Position numbers and translations under genes: made by a program
Source of the DNA: Micavibrio sp.
Lineage (GTDB): Bacteria; Pseudomonadota; Alphaproteobacteria; Micavibrionales; Micavibrionaceae
Direction of reading: 5' to 3'
Assembly: GCA_039808805.1 (NCBI GenBank)
Contig: JBDHTU010000001.1
Coordinates: 1-34,520 of the forward strand
DNA: 34,520 bases
Notes under the pieces: generated by a model
Database searches by the model: none
What the model saw: the letters and a program-made list of their open reading frames with translations, nothing else
Told to the model about the DNA's origin: nothing
Part shown: piece by piece, positions 10,482 to 18,813 of the stretch
Layout of the letters: every line of letters starts with the position of its first letter
Numbering within the stretch: the first letter of the stretch is position 1

Positions 10482-10967
10482 ATGGTCGCATTCAACATCA
10501 TTCCCCTCGTCGAAAAGCCTGAGTTGGTAGACGCTTGCGCGGCATGGAGCTATGCGGAATGGGGATCGCAGCTTTCGACGCGCACGTTGCAGCAGGTCCA
10601 TGAAGACTACAAAGCCAGCATACAGGGCGATACGCTGCCGGTGACATGGATGGCCCTGTCGGAAGACGGAAAACCCGCCGGCATGGTCCGCCTGAAAAAG
10701 AACGACCATATCGAACGTGAAGATTTAAAACCGTGGCTCAGCTCCCTTTACGTCCATCCCCGCTATCGGGGCGAAGGCCTGTCCGAACAATTGTGCGATT
10801 GCGCCGAAGATGCCGCGCAGCATATTTACGGATACGACAAGATTTATCTTTTTACCGGCACGGCAGAAGAATTGTACGAACGCAGAGGCTATAAAAAGAT
10901 TGGAACGGTGGAAGACCTTTCCGGTTACTATAAAAATGGCAAATCTCTTATGATGAAAGAATTCTAG
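10482..10967 (+). CDS. GNAT-family N-acetyltransferase, located between accB and accC
   Basis: The GNAT core is LYVHPRYRGEGLSEQLCDCAEDAA, followed by LYERRGYKKIG. Its stop lies 3 nt before the accC ATG. Confidence 0.8.
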   Translation: MVAFNIIPLVEKPELVDACAAWSYAEWGSQLSTRTLQQVHEDYKASIQGDTLPVTWMALSEDGKPAGMVRLKKNDHIEREDLKPWLSSLYVHPRYRGEGLSEQLCDCAEDAAQHIYGYDKIYLFTGTAEELYERRGYKKIGTVEDLSGYYKNGKSLMMKEF

Positions 10968-10970
10968 AGA

Positions 10971-12311
10971 ATGTTTAAAAAAATCCTCATCGCCAACCGC
11001 GGCGAAATCGCGCTGCGCATTATCCGCGCCTGCCGCGAAATGGGCATTCAATCCGTCGCCGTGCATTCCACGGCGGACGCAAATTCCATGGCCGTGCGCC
11101 TCGCCGATGAATCCGTCTGCATCGGGCCGCCTGCCGGGAAAGACAGCTATTTGAACATTCCCGCCATTCTCACGGCAGCGGCCGTCACAGGCGCGGAGGC
11201 AATCCACCCGGGATACGGCTTTCTTTCCGAAAACGAAATGTTCGCCCGCATGGTCGAAGAACACGGCTTCACCTTTATCGGGCCGAAGCCGGAGCATATT
11301 GAAAAAATGGGCGACAAGGTCGTCGCCAAGAAAACCGTCATGGATCTCGGCCTGCCCGTGGTCCCCGGCTCTGACGGTGCGGTAACCTCCGTCGAAGACG
11401 GTCTTGCCTTCTGCCGCAAGGCGGGATTCCCGGTGATCATCAAGGCTGCCTCCGGCGGCGGCGGGCGCGGCATGAAAGTCGTGCGCAGCGAAGACCAGTT
11501 TCAGGAACAATATTCCACTGCGCGGTCCGAGGCGAAAGCCAACTTCGGCGACGATACCGTCTACATCGAAAAATACCTGGAAAAGCCGCGCCACATCGAA
11601 ATCCAGGTATTCGGCGACAAGCACGGCAACGGCATCCATCTTGGGGAACGCGATTGTTCCATCCAGCGCCGCCACCAGAAGCTGGTGGAGGAAGCCCCTT
11701 CCCCGATCCTGACGCAGGAAGAGCGAGAGGCGATCGGTTCCCTCGCTGCGGACGTGATCCGCAAAATGGGGTATATCGGTGCGGGCACCATCGAATTCCT
11801 CTATGAAGACGGCAAGTTCTACTTCATGGAAATGAACACGCGGATTCAGGTGGAACACCCGGTGACCGAACAGATCACCGGCATTGACCTGATTGCCGAA
11901 CAGATCCGTGTCGCGGCCGGTCTGCCCCTTTCGCTGAACAAGGAAAACATCCGCTTCCGCGGTCATGCCATTGAAATCCGCATCAATGCCGAAGACCCGG
12001 ATACGTTCGCCCCTTCGCCCGGAAAAATCACCCAGTTCCACGCGCCGGGAGGCCTTGGCGTGCGGTTCGATTCCGCCATCTATGGCGGCTATTCCATCCC
12101 GCCTTACTACGATTCGATGATCGGCAAGCTGATCGTCACCGGCAAGACGCGGGATGAATGCATCGCCCGCATGCGCCGCGCCATTTCCGAAACCGTGGTG
12201 GAAGGCGTGAAGACGACCCTGCCGCTGCACCAGTGGATTTTCAACCAGCCCGAATTCGTTTCCGGCGAATACAACATCCACTGGCTGGAAAAGAAACTCG
12301 CGGAAAGATAG
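10971..12311 (+). CDS. accC: Acetyl-CoA carboxylase biotin carboxylase subunit
   Basis: It starts [26 protein letters not shown] and carries the ATP-grasp loop [14 protein letters not shown]. Further motifs are [14 protein letters not shown] and [10 protein letters not shown]. Confidence 0.98.
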   Translation: MFKKILIANRGEIALRIIRACREMGIQSVAVHSTADANSMAVRLADESVCIGPPAGKDSYLNIPAILTAAAVTGAEAIHPGYGFLSENEMFARMVEEHGFTFIGPKPEHIEKMGDKVVAKKTVMDLGLPVVPGSDGAVTSVEDGLAFCRKAGFPVIIKAASGGGGRGMKVVRSEDQFQEQYSTARSEAKANFGDDTVYIEKYLEKPRHIEIQVFGDKHGNGIHLGERDCSIQRRHQKLVEEAPSPILTQEEREAIGSLAADVIRKMGYIGAGTIEFLYEDGKFYFMEMNTRIQVEHPVTEQITGIDLIAEQIRVAAGLPLSLNKENIRFRGHAIEIRINAEDPDTFAPSPGKITQFHAPGGLGVRFDSAIYGGYSIPPYYDSMIGKLIVTGKTRDECIARMRRAISETVVEGVKTTLPLHQWIFNQPEFVSGEYNIHWLEKKLAER

Positions 12312-12317
12312 GTCGCC

Positions 12318-12737
12318 ATGGGACAGCTGTTTTCTGTGCAGCCGCACTGGGAAACGCTGACGCCGTTCAACGTCCTTGCCGTGTACGCGCAGCCCGCGGT
12401 TGAAGCGCCCCGGCGCAGCCGTTTCGGCGCCATTCATTCCCATCACGTCTGGTGCCTGCGCCGGGACAATATCCTCCTCAAACAGGCGTTTGCCGACGCG
12501 CAAAGCGCCAATGCCGCGGCCTTTACCCTCGCCGCCGGCCTGCCTTCCCTGAAACCAGTCTCGCGCCAGCCTTTTGTCGCGGTGAGAACGGAAGACGTCG
12601 TAAAAGCTTTCAGCGATCAAAACAGGACCGTGATCGGTTTTCAGGGCGAGCGCGCTTTTTACGTGCAATACGCCCATGACTATGAAGCCAAGGCCTTGGC
12701 CGCGCGCGTTAAAAACAATCTGCGTTTGGGCGGATAG
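12318..12737 (+). CDS. Hypothetical protein (139 aa) between accC and aat
   Basis: It starts 6 nt after the accC stop. Its codons are GC3-rich like the neighbouring genes. I recognise no motif. Confidence 0.5.
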   Translation: MGQLFSVQPHWETLTPFNVLAVYAQPAVEAPRRSRFGAIHSHHVWCLRRDNILLKQAFADAQSANAAAFTLAAGLPSLKPVSRQPFVAVRTEDVVKAFSDQNRTVIGFQGERAFYVQYAHDYEAKALAARVKNNLRLGG

Positions 12738-12758
12738 CGGTTTGCGCTATAATAAACC

Positions 12759-13418
12759 ATGCACGGTACAACCCCGCTGACCACGATCATTCTGGAGGCA
12801 TACCGGGAAGGTATCTTCCCGATGGCCGAAAGCGCGGATGACGACAACTTCGCCTTTTACAAACCGCATATGCGCGGCCTGATCCCGATCCGGGACCTGC
12901 ACATACCCGCCAGGCTTTTAAAACGCCTGAAGCGGCGGGATTACACCGTCACCTTCAACCGCGCCTTCCGCGATATCATAGACGGCTGCGCGGCGCAGAC
13001 AGGCAAACGGCAGCAAACATGGATCAACATGCCGATCCGCAACATGTTCGTGCAACTGCACCGGGAAGGCCATGCGCATTCGGTGGAAGTCTGGGACAAA
13101 CGGGGCACTTTGATGGGCGGGCTTTACGGGCTTGCCATCGGCGCGGTTTTTTGCGGGGAAAGCATGGTGTCATTCCAGACCGGCGGCAGCAAACTCGCGC
13201 TTGTGTGGTTGTGTGCGGCGCTCTGGAAAGCGGGCTTTACCGTGCTGGATACGCAGTTCATCAATCCGCACCTGCTGCAATTCGGCGCCTATGAAATGAA
13301 ACAGGAAGACTATGAGGTTTTGATCCGGACGGAGATGAACCGCACCGCAGCGCCGCTTCGAACCGGTGAAATCAGTTCTGAACTATTTCAGAACTATCTT
13401 GAGATGCGAGTTCGCTAG
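12759..13418 (+). CDS. aat: Leucyl/phenylalanyl-tRNA--protein transferase
   Basis: Motifs seen are AYREGIFPMAES, FNRAFRDIIDGCA, HSVEVWDKRGTLMGGLYGLAIGAVFCGESM and LDTQFINPHLLQFGA. Confidence 0.93.
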   Translation: MHGTTPLTTIILEAYREGIFPMAESADDDNFAFYKPHMRGLIPIRDLHIPARLLKRLKRRDYTVTFNRAFRDIIDGCAAQTGKRQQTWINMPIRNMFVQLHREGHAHSVEVWDKRGTLMGGLYGLAIGAVFCGESMVSFQTGGSKLALVWLCAALWKAGFTVLDTQFINPHLLQFGAYEMKQEDYEVLIRTEMNRTAAPLRTGEISSELFQNYLEMRVR

Positions 13419-14127
13419 CCCGTACACGCTGCGCGCCTTTGAGCTTTTTCGCCGTATACATATCGGAATCGATCTGGCGCAGAACATCGCTCCTGAAATT
13501 GGCAGGATCGATTTCAGCATATCCCACACTCGCACCGATTTGTATGTCTTTACCTTCCCACACGAACGGCAGCGATTCCAGCGCATCGATAATTTCGATT
13601 ATTTTCTGCTTCGCGCCTTTCAGATTTGCATCGCGCAGGATCACAACAAACTCATCGCCGCCAATCCGGCAAACGGCATCTGTTTGGCGCGTCATCCCGG
13701 TGAGAGTGTCAACCACATGGCACAAAACGGCATCGCCCGCATCATGGCCATATGTATCGTTGACTTCTTTGAAGTGATCAAGATCCACCATCATCAGGAA
13801 ATGCTGACCCGTGGGTTTGCGTTTTTCAATGCGCAGTCCGCTTTGCATTTCGGCTATGGCCGATTGGAAATAACGCTTGTTGTAAGCCCCTGTCAGCGCA
13901 TCGGTAACGGAATCCCGTTCAAGATCCAAATTCCTGCGATGAAGTTCGGCAATGGTGTCGAGAAGTTCGGTCATCGCCTGTTTCCCGGCGGCGGGGTTTT
14001 TCCGGCACAGCCGGACAAGGCTGTCGGCAATACGGCCATGCAGCGTGTGATCGAGACTCAAGGCAGGGCGATGACTGCCAAGCATCGTCTGGATAAAACT
14101 CGTGATGATCGGTCCCTTTTTCCCCAT
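13372..14127 (-). CDS. GGDEF-domain diguanylate cyclase with a short non-membrane N-terminal region
   Basis: Motifs seen are DALTGAYNKRYF and MVDLDHFKEVNDTYGHDAGD. The active site is RIGGDEF, with an RxxD I-site (RQTD) exactly 5 residues upstream. Confidence 0.92.
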   Translation of the reverse strand: MGKKGPIITSFIQTMLGSHRPALSLDHTLHGRIADSLVRLCRKNPAAGKQAMTELLDTIAELHRRNLDLERDSVTDALTGAYNKRYFQSAIAEMQSGLRIEKRKPTGQHFLMMVDLDHFKEVNDTYGHDAGDAVLCHVVDTLTGMTRQTDAVCRIGGDEFVVILRDANLKGAKQKIIEIIDALESLPFVWEGKDIQIGASVGYAEIDPANFRSDVLRQIDSDMYTAKKLKGAQRVRASELASQDSSEIVQN

Positions 14128-14183
14128 ACGAACATCGTCGCATGGTCGAAATTCTTATGTCAAATTAACCACTTCAGGGAAAA

Positions 14184-14960
14184 TTAGTAAATGGGACTCT
14201 GAGGCGCGGCGGGCTGCGGCTGCGGAGGGACTCCTCCGCCCTGCTGACGCATCAGGTCATAGGCTGTAAAGCCTTCGCTGTCCTGCGGATTGGGTGCGGG
14301 CGGCGTTTGTTCAGGCTCTGGATAGACCGCACCGTCCTGAGCGGCGGGATATCCTTCTGCCCGGGGCTGCGCCGCAGGGATTTCCACCGGTCCGCTTTCT
14401 TCCGCTTCGGAATCTGTCGGGAACGGTTCCGCCTCGGAATCCGCAGGCATAGGCCCGGCTTCAGAATCCGTCGCCGCCGGCTCTTCCTGCGCCTGTGCTG
14501 CCGGCGGGGCGCCGTCCGTGCCGCTCAAACCGCTCTGGTCGGCCTGCTCGGTCGTTTCCGCGGCGGCCGCTTCCTCGTTCGGCTCTTCCCGGCCCAGGCA
14601 ATCGAGAACCCACACGTCATAAACCGGGTGATCCATGGCCGAAAGCGCGGGCGAAGACGCGAACATCCATCCCGAGAACACCCATTGCGATTTTTCCTGT
14701 CCCGGCGGCACTTCCCAGATCTGCAGGAACGCGGCGCTTTCCGGTTTTTCAATCGGCGGCGCCTTCCGACAGGCATGGATTTTGATGAAGAGCGGGCCGT
14801 ACTGGATGGTGGAGCCGACCGTCGCTTCGAACGTCACGGTGCGGCCGACGGATTTATCGAGGCCCTGAAGTTTTACGGAAGGATAATCCTCCATCACCGC
14901 GTGGGCGGGAGGAGCCGTCAGGAAAGCGAGCGTAAAAAAGCTGGCGAAAAGACGGCGCAA
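14184..14960 (-). CDS. DUF2155-family periplasmic protein with a long Pro/Glu/Ala-rich C-terminal extension
   Basis: A signal peptide is followed by VKLQGLDKSVGRTVTFEATVGSTIQYGPLFIKIHACRKAPPIEKPESAAFLQIWEV. This sequence and its position next to mlaD and NDUFA12 are typical of alphaproteobacterial DUF2155. Confidence 0.8.
   Translation of the reverse strand: MRRLFASFFTLAFLTAPPAHAVMEDYPSVKLQGLDKSVGRTVTFEATVGSTIQYGPLFIKIHACRKAPPIEKPESAAFLQIWEVPPGQEKSQWVFSGWMFASSPALSAMDHPVYDVWVLDCLGREEPNEEAAAAETTEQADQSGLSGTDGAPPAAQAQEEPAATDSEAGPMPADSEAEPFPTDSEAEESGPVEIPAAQPRAEGYPAAQDGAVYPEPEQTPPAPNPQDSEGFTAYDLMRQQGGGVPPQPQPAAPQSPIY
14404..14484 (-). repeat. Three degenerate 27-nt in-frame tandem repeats inside the DUF2155 tail
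   Basis: The units run 14404-14430, 14431-14457 and 14458-14484. They share the gc(t/c)tc(g/a)gaatc core and encode (A/P)(T/A)DSEA(G/E) segments. Confidence 0.7.
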
Positions 14961-14971
14961 GATAACTCCCT

Positions 14972-15466
14972 CTACGGATGATCTGCGGATGCGGCGGCAT
15001 CGCTCGACGCACCGTCATCCTTTTTGCTGTCCATGCTGAAGATGAACTTGCCAAGCAATTGTTCCAGGTTCTGCGGCGCCTGCGTGTATTCGATATGACC
15101 GCCGGAACCGAGCATTTCTTCGGAGCCGCCCGGTTGCAGTTCAAGATACTTGCCGCCCAGCAGGCTTTCGCTGCTGATAAAGGCGGACGTATCGTCCGGG
15201 AGCTTGACGCTGTCGTCGATTTCCATCGTTACGCGCGCCATGTAATCTTCGGACTTCAGTTCGATCTTCGCAACGGAGCCGACCTTTACGCCGCTGATTT
15301 GCACGGAATCCCCGATATTCAGGCCGCCGGTGCCGGTAAAGTCCGCCGTAATGTCATACCCGTCCACATTGCCGATATTCGCGGCGGAATAGCTGAACCC
15401 GAGAAAGACGATGGCAACGACCAGAACAACCGCGCCCAGCACCGTTTCAATGACATTGCGTTTCAT
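14972..15466 (-). CDS. mlaD: MlaD-type MCE-domain protein (outer membrane lipid asymmetry maintenance)
   Basis: It has an N-terminal TM helix and an MCE core: YDITADFTGTGGLNIGDSVQISGVKVGSVAKIEL, ARVTMEID and SESLLGGKYLELQPGG. Confidence 0.9.
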   Translation of the reverse strand: MKRNVIETVLGAVVLVVAIVFLGFSYSAANIGNVDGYDITADFTGTGGLNIGDSVQISGVKVGSVAKIELKSEDYMARVTMEIDDSVKLPDDTSAFISSESLLGGKYLELQPGGSEEMLGSGGHIEYTQAPQNLEQLLGKFIFSMDSKKDDGASSDAAASADHP

Positions 15467-15484
15467 AAATATTCCCCCTGAAAA

Positions 15485-15889
15485 TTATTCCGGTATCCAG
15501 GCTTGGTAATCGCCTGTCGCCTTGTCGCGCTGACCGCCTTTCAGAATATGGCCCGGCGGGCGATACGCCTGATGGGTGCCGGTCAGGTTCGGCGCATGCG
15601 GCTTCTGCCAGACGCGGCGGAAGCTTTCCTGCGCATAATCGGGCACCGCATCGCTCTGATGATGCAGCCATCCATGCCATTCCGGCGGCACGGCGGACGC
15701 TTCCGGCTGGCCTTTGTAAATCACCCAGCGGCGTTCGCGCTTGTACCCCTTGCGCGGTTTGGCGCGGTAATATTTGTTGCCGAGCTGGTCCGTGCCCACT
15801 TTCGTCGCGCCGGAGAACAGCGTAACAAAGGTGATATGGGCAGGCGACAGAGCACCGAGAAGCGAAGCGATTGGCGTCAGAAGTCCCAT
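15485..15889 (-). CDS. NADH:ubiquinone oxidoreductase subunit NDUFA12 (B17.2)-family protein
   Basis: Motifs seen are GTDQLGNKYYRAKPRKG, ERRWVIYKG and PPEWHGWLHH. Confidence 0.88.
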   Translation of the reverse strand: MGLLTPIASLLGALSPAHITFVTLFSGATKVGTDQLGNKYYRAKPRKGYKRERRWVIYKGQPEASAVPPEWHGWLHHQSDAVPDYAQESFRRVWQKPHAPNLTGTHQAYRPPGHILKGGQRDKATGDYQAWIPE

Positions 15890-15977
15890 GGGCGAAGAAA
15901 CCTTTTTTCTTTTCGACGGTACAGAATTGGCCTAAAAAAGCCCACAGATCAAGTTTTTAAAAGGAGATACGGCAAAA

Positions 15978-16445
15978 ATGAGCGCCCTTGAAACCCGTCT
16001 GCAACAACTCGGCCATACTTTGCCTCAGGCAGCGCCCCCTGCGGCCAATTACGTGCCTTATGTCGTGTCCGGATCGCTTCTTTTTATCGCCGGCCAGATT
16101 CCGTTCCTGAACGGCGTCAAAGCGCATACGGGCCGCTTGGGAGAGGATATGTCAATTGAAGGGGGCCAAAAAGCCGCCGAGGCCTGCGCCTTGAATATTC
16201 TGGCGCAGGCGCTTGCCGCCGTGGACGGCGATGAAGCCCGCCTCGTCCGCTGCGTCAAGCTGGGCGGTTTTGTCTCCTGCACGCCGGATTTTCACCAGAT
16301 GCCCGCCATCATCAACGGCGCGTCCGACCTTATCGTGCAGGCGCTGGGAGACCGCGGCAAGCATGCCCGTTTTGCCGTGGGGGCGCCGGCGCTGCCGTTT
16401 AACGTGGCCGTCGAAATCGATGCGGTTTTTGAAATCGCCGCCTAG
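15978..16445 (+). CDS. RidA/YjgF/UK114-family protein
   Basis: AAGGAGA lies 8 nt upstream of the start. Motifs seen are YVPYVVSGSLLFIAGQIP, RLVRCVKLGGFV and ARFAVGAPALPFNVAVEIDAVFEI. Confidence 0.85.
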   Translation: MSALETRLQQLGHTLPQAAPPAANYVPYVVSGSLLFIAGQIPFLNGVKAHTGRLGEDMSIEGGQKAAEACALNILAQALAAVDGDEARLVRCVKLGGFVSCTPDFHQMPAIINGASDLIVQALGDRGKHARFAVGAPALPFNVAVEIDAVFEIAA

Positions 16446-18214
16446 GCCCAGACCCAGATGATGGTCGGCACACCGAGCACGACCACCAGGATGGACAATG
16501 GCAGGCCAAGCCGCCAGTAATCCGTGAATTTATAGCCGCCCGGCCCCATCACGAGCGTGTTCGACTGGTGCCCGACCGGCGTCAGGAAGTCGCAGCTTGC
16601 GCCGACCGCCACCGCCATCAGGAACGCGTCCACATCCACGTTCATGTTCTGCGCCATGTTGGCCGCAATCGGCGCCATCAGCAGCACCGTCGCCGCATTG
16701 TTCAGAAAGGGCGTGACCAGCATGGTGGCGATCATCACGACGCTGAGAACGCCGTATAGCGGCATCGCACTGGTGACTCCGGAAATAGCTTCCGCGATCA
16801 ATTCCGCCCCACCCGTCGTCTGCATCGCCTGAGTGACGGGGATCAGCGCGCCGAGCAGGATGATGATCGACATATCGACGGAGGAGTAGATTTCATTGGG
16901 CCGCATGATGCGCAGCAAAGCGATGAGGATGACCCCGCCGAGGAAGGAGATCGCCAGCGGCAGGATGTCGAGCACGGCGAGCGCCACTGCTGCCGCCATG
17001 ATCAGCGCGGGCAGCATCATGAATTTGGGGCGGCCCAGTTGCAGGTTTCGTTCGGCCAGCGGCAGGCAGCCCAGCTCCGAAAGCGTTTCCGGAATGGATT
17101 CGAGATTCCCCTGGAGCACGATGACGTCGCCTTCCTCGAACCGCACGTTGCGCAGGCGGTTCTGCCGCCGCACGTCGGATTGCCTCACGGCAAGGAGGTT
17201 GACGGAGAACCGGCTGCGCAACTGCATTTCCCGCGGGGTGGAGCCGATCAGCTGCGATCCCGCCATGACCACGGCCTCGGCGATGCCGACATCGTCCGAA
17301 GTAATCGAAAGATCTTCCGTTTCCTTGCTGCCGATCAATGTCAGGCGTCCCGCATCCACGGCGTTCTTGAGCGTTACGGGATCGGTCTTGATAATCAGGA
17401 CATCGCCCGCGCGGACTTTAAGACGGCCAGACGGGGCCAGCGTCCGGTATCCGCTGCGCAGCAGGCCGACGATGGCGACCTCGCCTTCGATCAGGTTTTC
17501 GACATCGCGTATGGTTTTGTCCACGAACGGCGATTCCTCATCGACCGATACCTCGCTGACATAATCTTCTATCGAAAACCGTTCTTCCGGCAGCGGCGCG
17601 CCGCGGCGGTCTTTGGGCAGAAGTCGCCAGCTGAACGCCAGATAGACGAGGCCGACCACGCAGATGGCGGCGCCGACGGGCGTAAAATCGAACATGCTGT
17701 AAGGCTCGCCGACGAAATCCTCCCGGATGTTGGAAATCATCAGGTTGGGCGGCGTGCCGATCAGGGTCAAAAGACCGCTCAGCAGCGAGGCGAACGCCAT
17801 GGGCATCAACATCTCGGAAACATTTCTGCCGATCTTGCGGGCGAATGCCATCGCAATCGGCAGAAAAATGGCAAGCGCGCCGATATTGTTCATGAACGCG
17901 CCGACGCACGCAATCATGAAACACAGGATAAAAACCTGCATGTTCGGCATGGTGGAAAAGCGCGACAGCACCTTCAGGGGAATTTCGATGAAACCCGAAC
18001 GGGCGATGGCCGAACTGATCACGAGGATACAGGCGACGGTGACGACCACAGGGTCCGAAAACCCTGTAAACGCCTTGTCCGCCGGGACGATCCCGACCAG
18101 CACGGCAGCGAACAACGATCCCAGCGCCACGATGTCATACCGCCACCGGTTCCAGATAAAAAGTGCAACGGTGATGGAAATGATGCCGAAGGTCAGCATC
18201 TGGTCGAATGTCAT
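16442..18214 (-). CDS. SLC13/DASS-family anion permease with two central TrkA-C (RCK_C) domains
   Basis: Two multi-helix membrane halves flank two repeats of the TrkA-C type: VSVDEESPFVDKTIRDV ... LLRSGY and AVVMAGSQLIGSTPREMQLRSRF ... VRQS. Confidence 0.85.
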   Translation of the reverse strand: MTFDQMLTFGIISITVALFIWNRWRYDIVALGSLFAAVLVGIVPADKAFTGFSDPVVVTVACILVISSAIARSGFIEIPLKVLSRFSTMPNMQVFILCFMIACVGAFMNNIGALAIFLPIAMAFARKIGRNVSEMLMPMAFASLLSGLLTLIGTPPNLMISNIREDFVGEPYSMFDFTPVGAAICVVGLVYLAFSWRLLPKDRRGAPLPEERFSIEDYVSEVSVDEESPFVDKTIRDVENLIEGEVAIVGLLRSGYRTLAPSGRLKVRAGDVLIIKTDPVTLKNAVDAGRLTLIGSKETEDLSITSDDVGIAEAVVMAGSQLIGSTPREMQLRSRFSVNLLAVRQSDVRRQNRLRNVRFEEGDVIVLQGNLESIPETLSELGCLPLAERNLQLGRPKFMMLPALIMAAAVALAVLDILPLAISFLGGVILIALLRIMRPNEIYSSVDMSIIILLGALIPVTQAMQTTGGAELIAEAISGVTSAMPLYGVLSVVMIATMLVTPFLNNAATVLLMAPIAANMAQNMNVDVDAFLMAVAVGASCDFLTPVGHQSNTLVMGPGGYKFTDYWRLGLPLSILVVVLGVPTIIWVWA

Positions 18215-18246
18215 GACGGTCCCTGCTCTTTTATAGTTTTACGGCG

Positions 18247-18813
18247 TTATTTCTTCCGGCCTTCGGGAATGCGCCCGCCATGGCGTGCGACGAAATCCTT
18301 CAGCCTTTCCCCTTCGACATACAGTTCGCCCGGCAGAACCTTCCCGCCCGGCGTCACATGGAGGTCGAGGCTGAAGTCCCGCTTTTCCCGGATGAACAGG
18401 TCTTCCAGCGGTTTGGCCAGCGCCTCATCCACATAATATCTATGAACACCGGTATCGAAGCCCGAGTTCCAGACCTTTGTCCCGCGCAGGATGAAACGGC
18501 AATCCGGCAGGTTTCCCCCGGCCGGCAGACAGGCGGACAGCGATACCGGCGGGTTTTCCGCCCCCTCGCCTACGCACAGGCAGACGGATCCGCCTTCATG
18601 ATCTTTCTGCCACGCTTTGTCTTTCCAGTTCCACACCGTCTGGAACTGAAGGTAATGGCCGTAGAACAGGTCGCGCGGATCGTACGGCTCAATCTTCACG
18701 CGGAACGAGGGATAATCGCGGAACTTCTTGGCCGTCATCAGCGCGTTCGCCAGCGGCGCACCGACGGCGAGCGCGACGGACAGGACCGCAGCAATCATAA
18801 AACGGCTTTTCAT
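18247..18813 (-). CDS. GDYXXLXY-domain protein, a variant with GHY (periplasmic or anchored)
   Basis: The start MKSRFMIAAVLSVALAV at 18813 overlaps the upstream stop in an ATGA arrangement. The signature region is PYDPRDLFYGHYLQFQT, against the family pattern DPRDLFRGDYxxLxY. It is paired with a DUF2157 gene, as is usual for this family. Confidence 0.75.
   Translation of the reverse strand: MKSRFMIAAVLSVALAVGAPLANALMTAKKFRDYPSFRVKIEPYDPRDLFYGHYLQFQTVWNWKDKAWQKDHEGGSVCLCVGEGAENPPVSLSACLPAGGNLPDCRFILRGTKVWNSGFDTGVHRYYVDEALAKPLEDLFIREKRDFSLDLHVTPGGKVLPGELYVEGERLKDFVARHGGRIPEGRKK

Noticed and set aside
10725-12677. 650-aa minus-strand ORF, the longest in this region
   Set aside because: It lies antisense to the GNAT gene, accC and the next ORF. 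accC on the plus strand has unmistakable biotin carboxylase motifs, and this translation is low-complexity R/G/A/F/H.
13366-14187. 273-aa plus-strand ORF
   Set aside because: It lies antisense to the GGDEF cyclase, which has the full GGDEF signature set.
14404-14484. 27-nt tandem repeats, considered as a non-coding VNTR or CRISPR-like array
   Set aside because: They are in frame inside the DUF2155 coding sequence, degenerate, and lack spacers. I report them as a coding low-complexity repeat instead.
17039-18436. 465-aa plus-strand ORF
   Set aside because: It lies antisense to the SLC13 permease. It has no membrane or domain signature.
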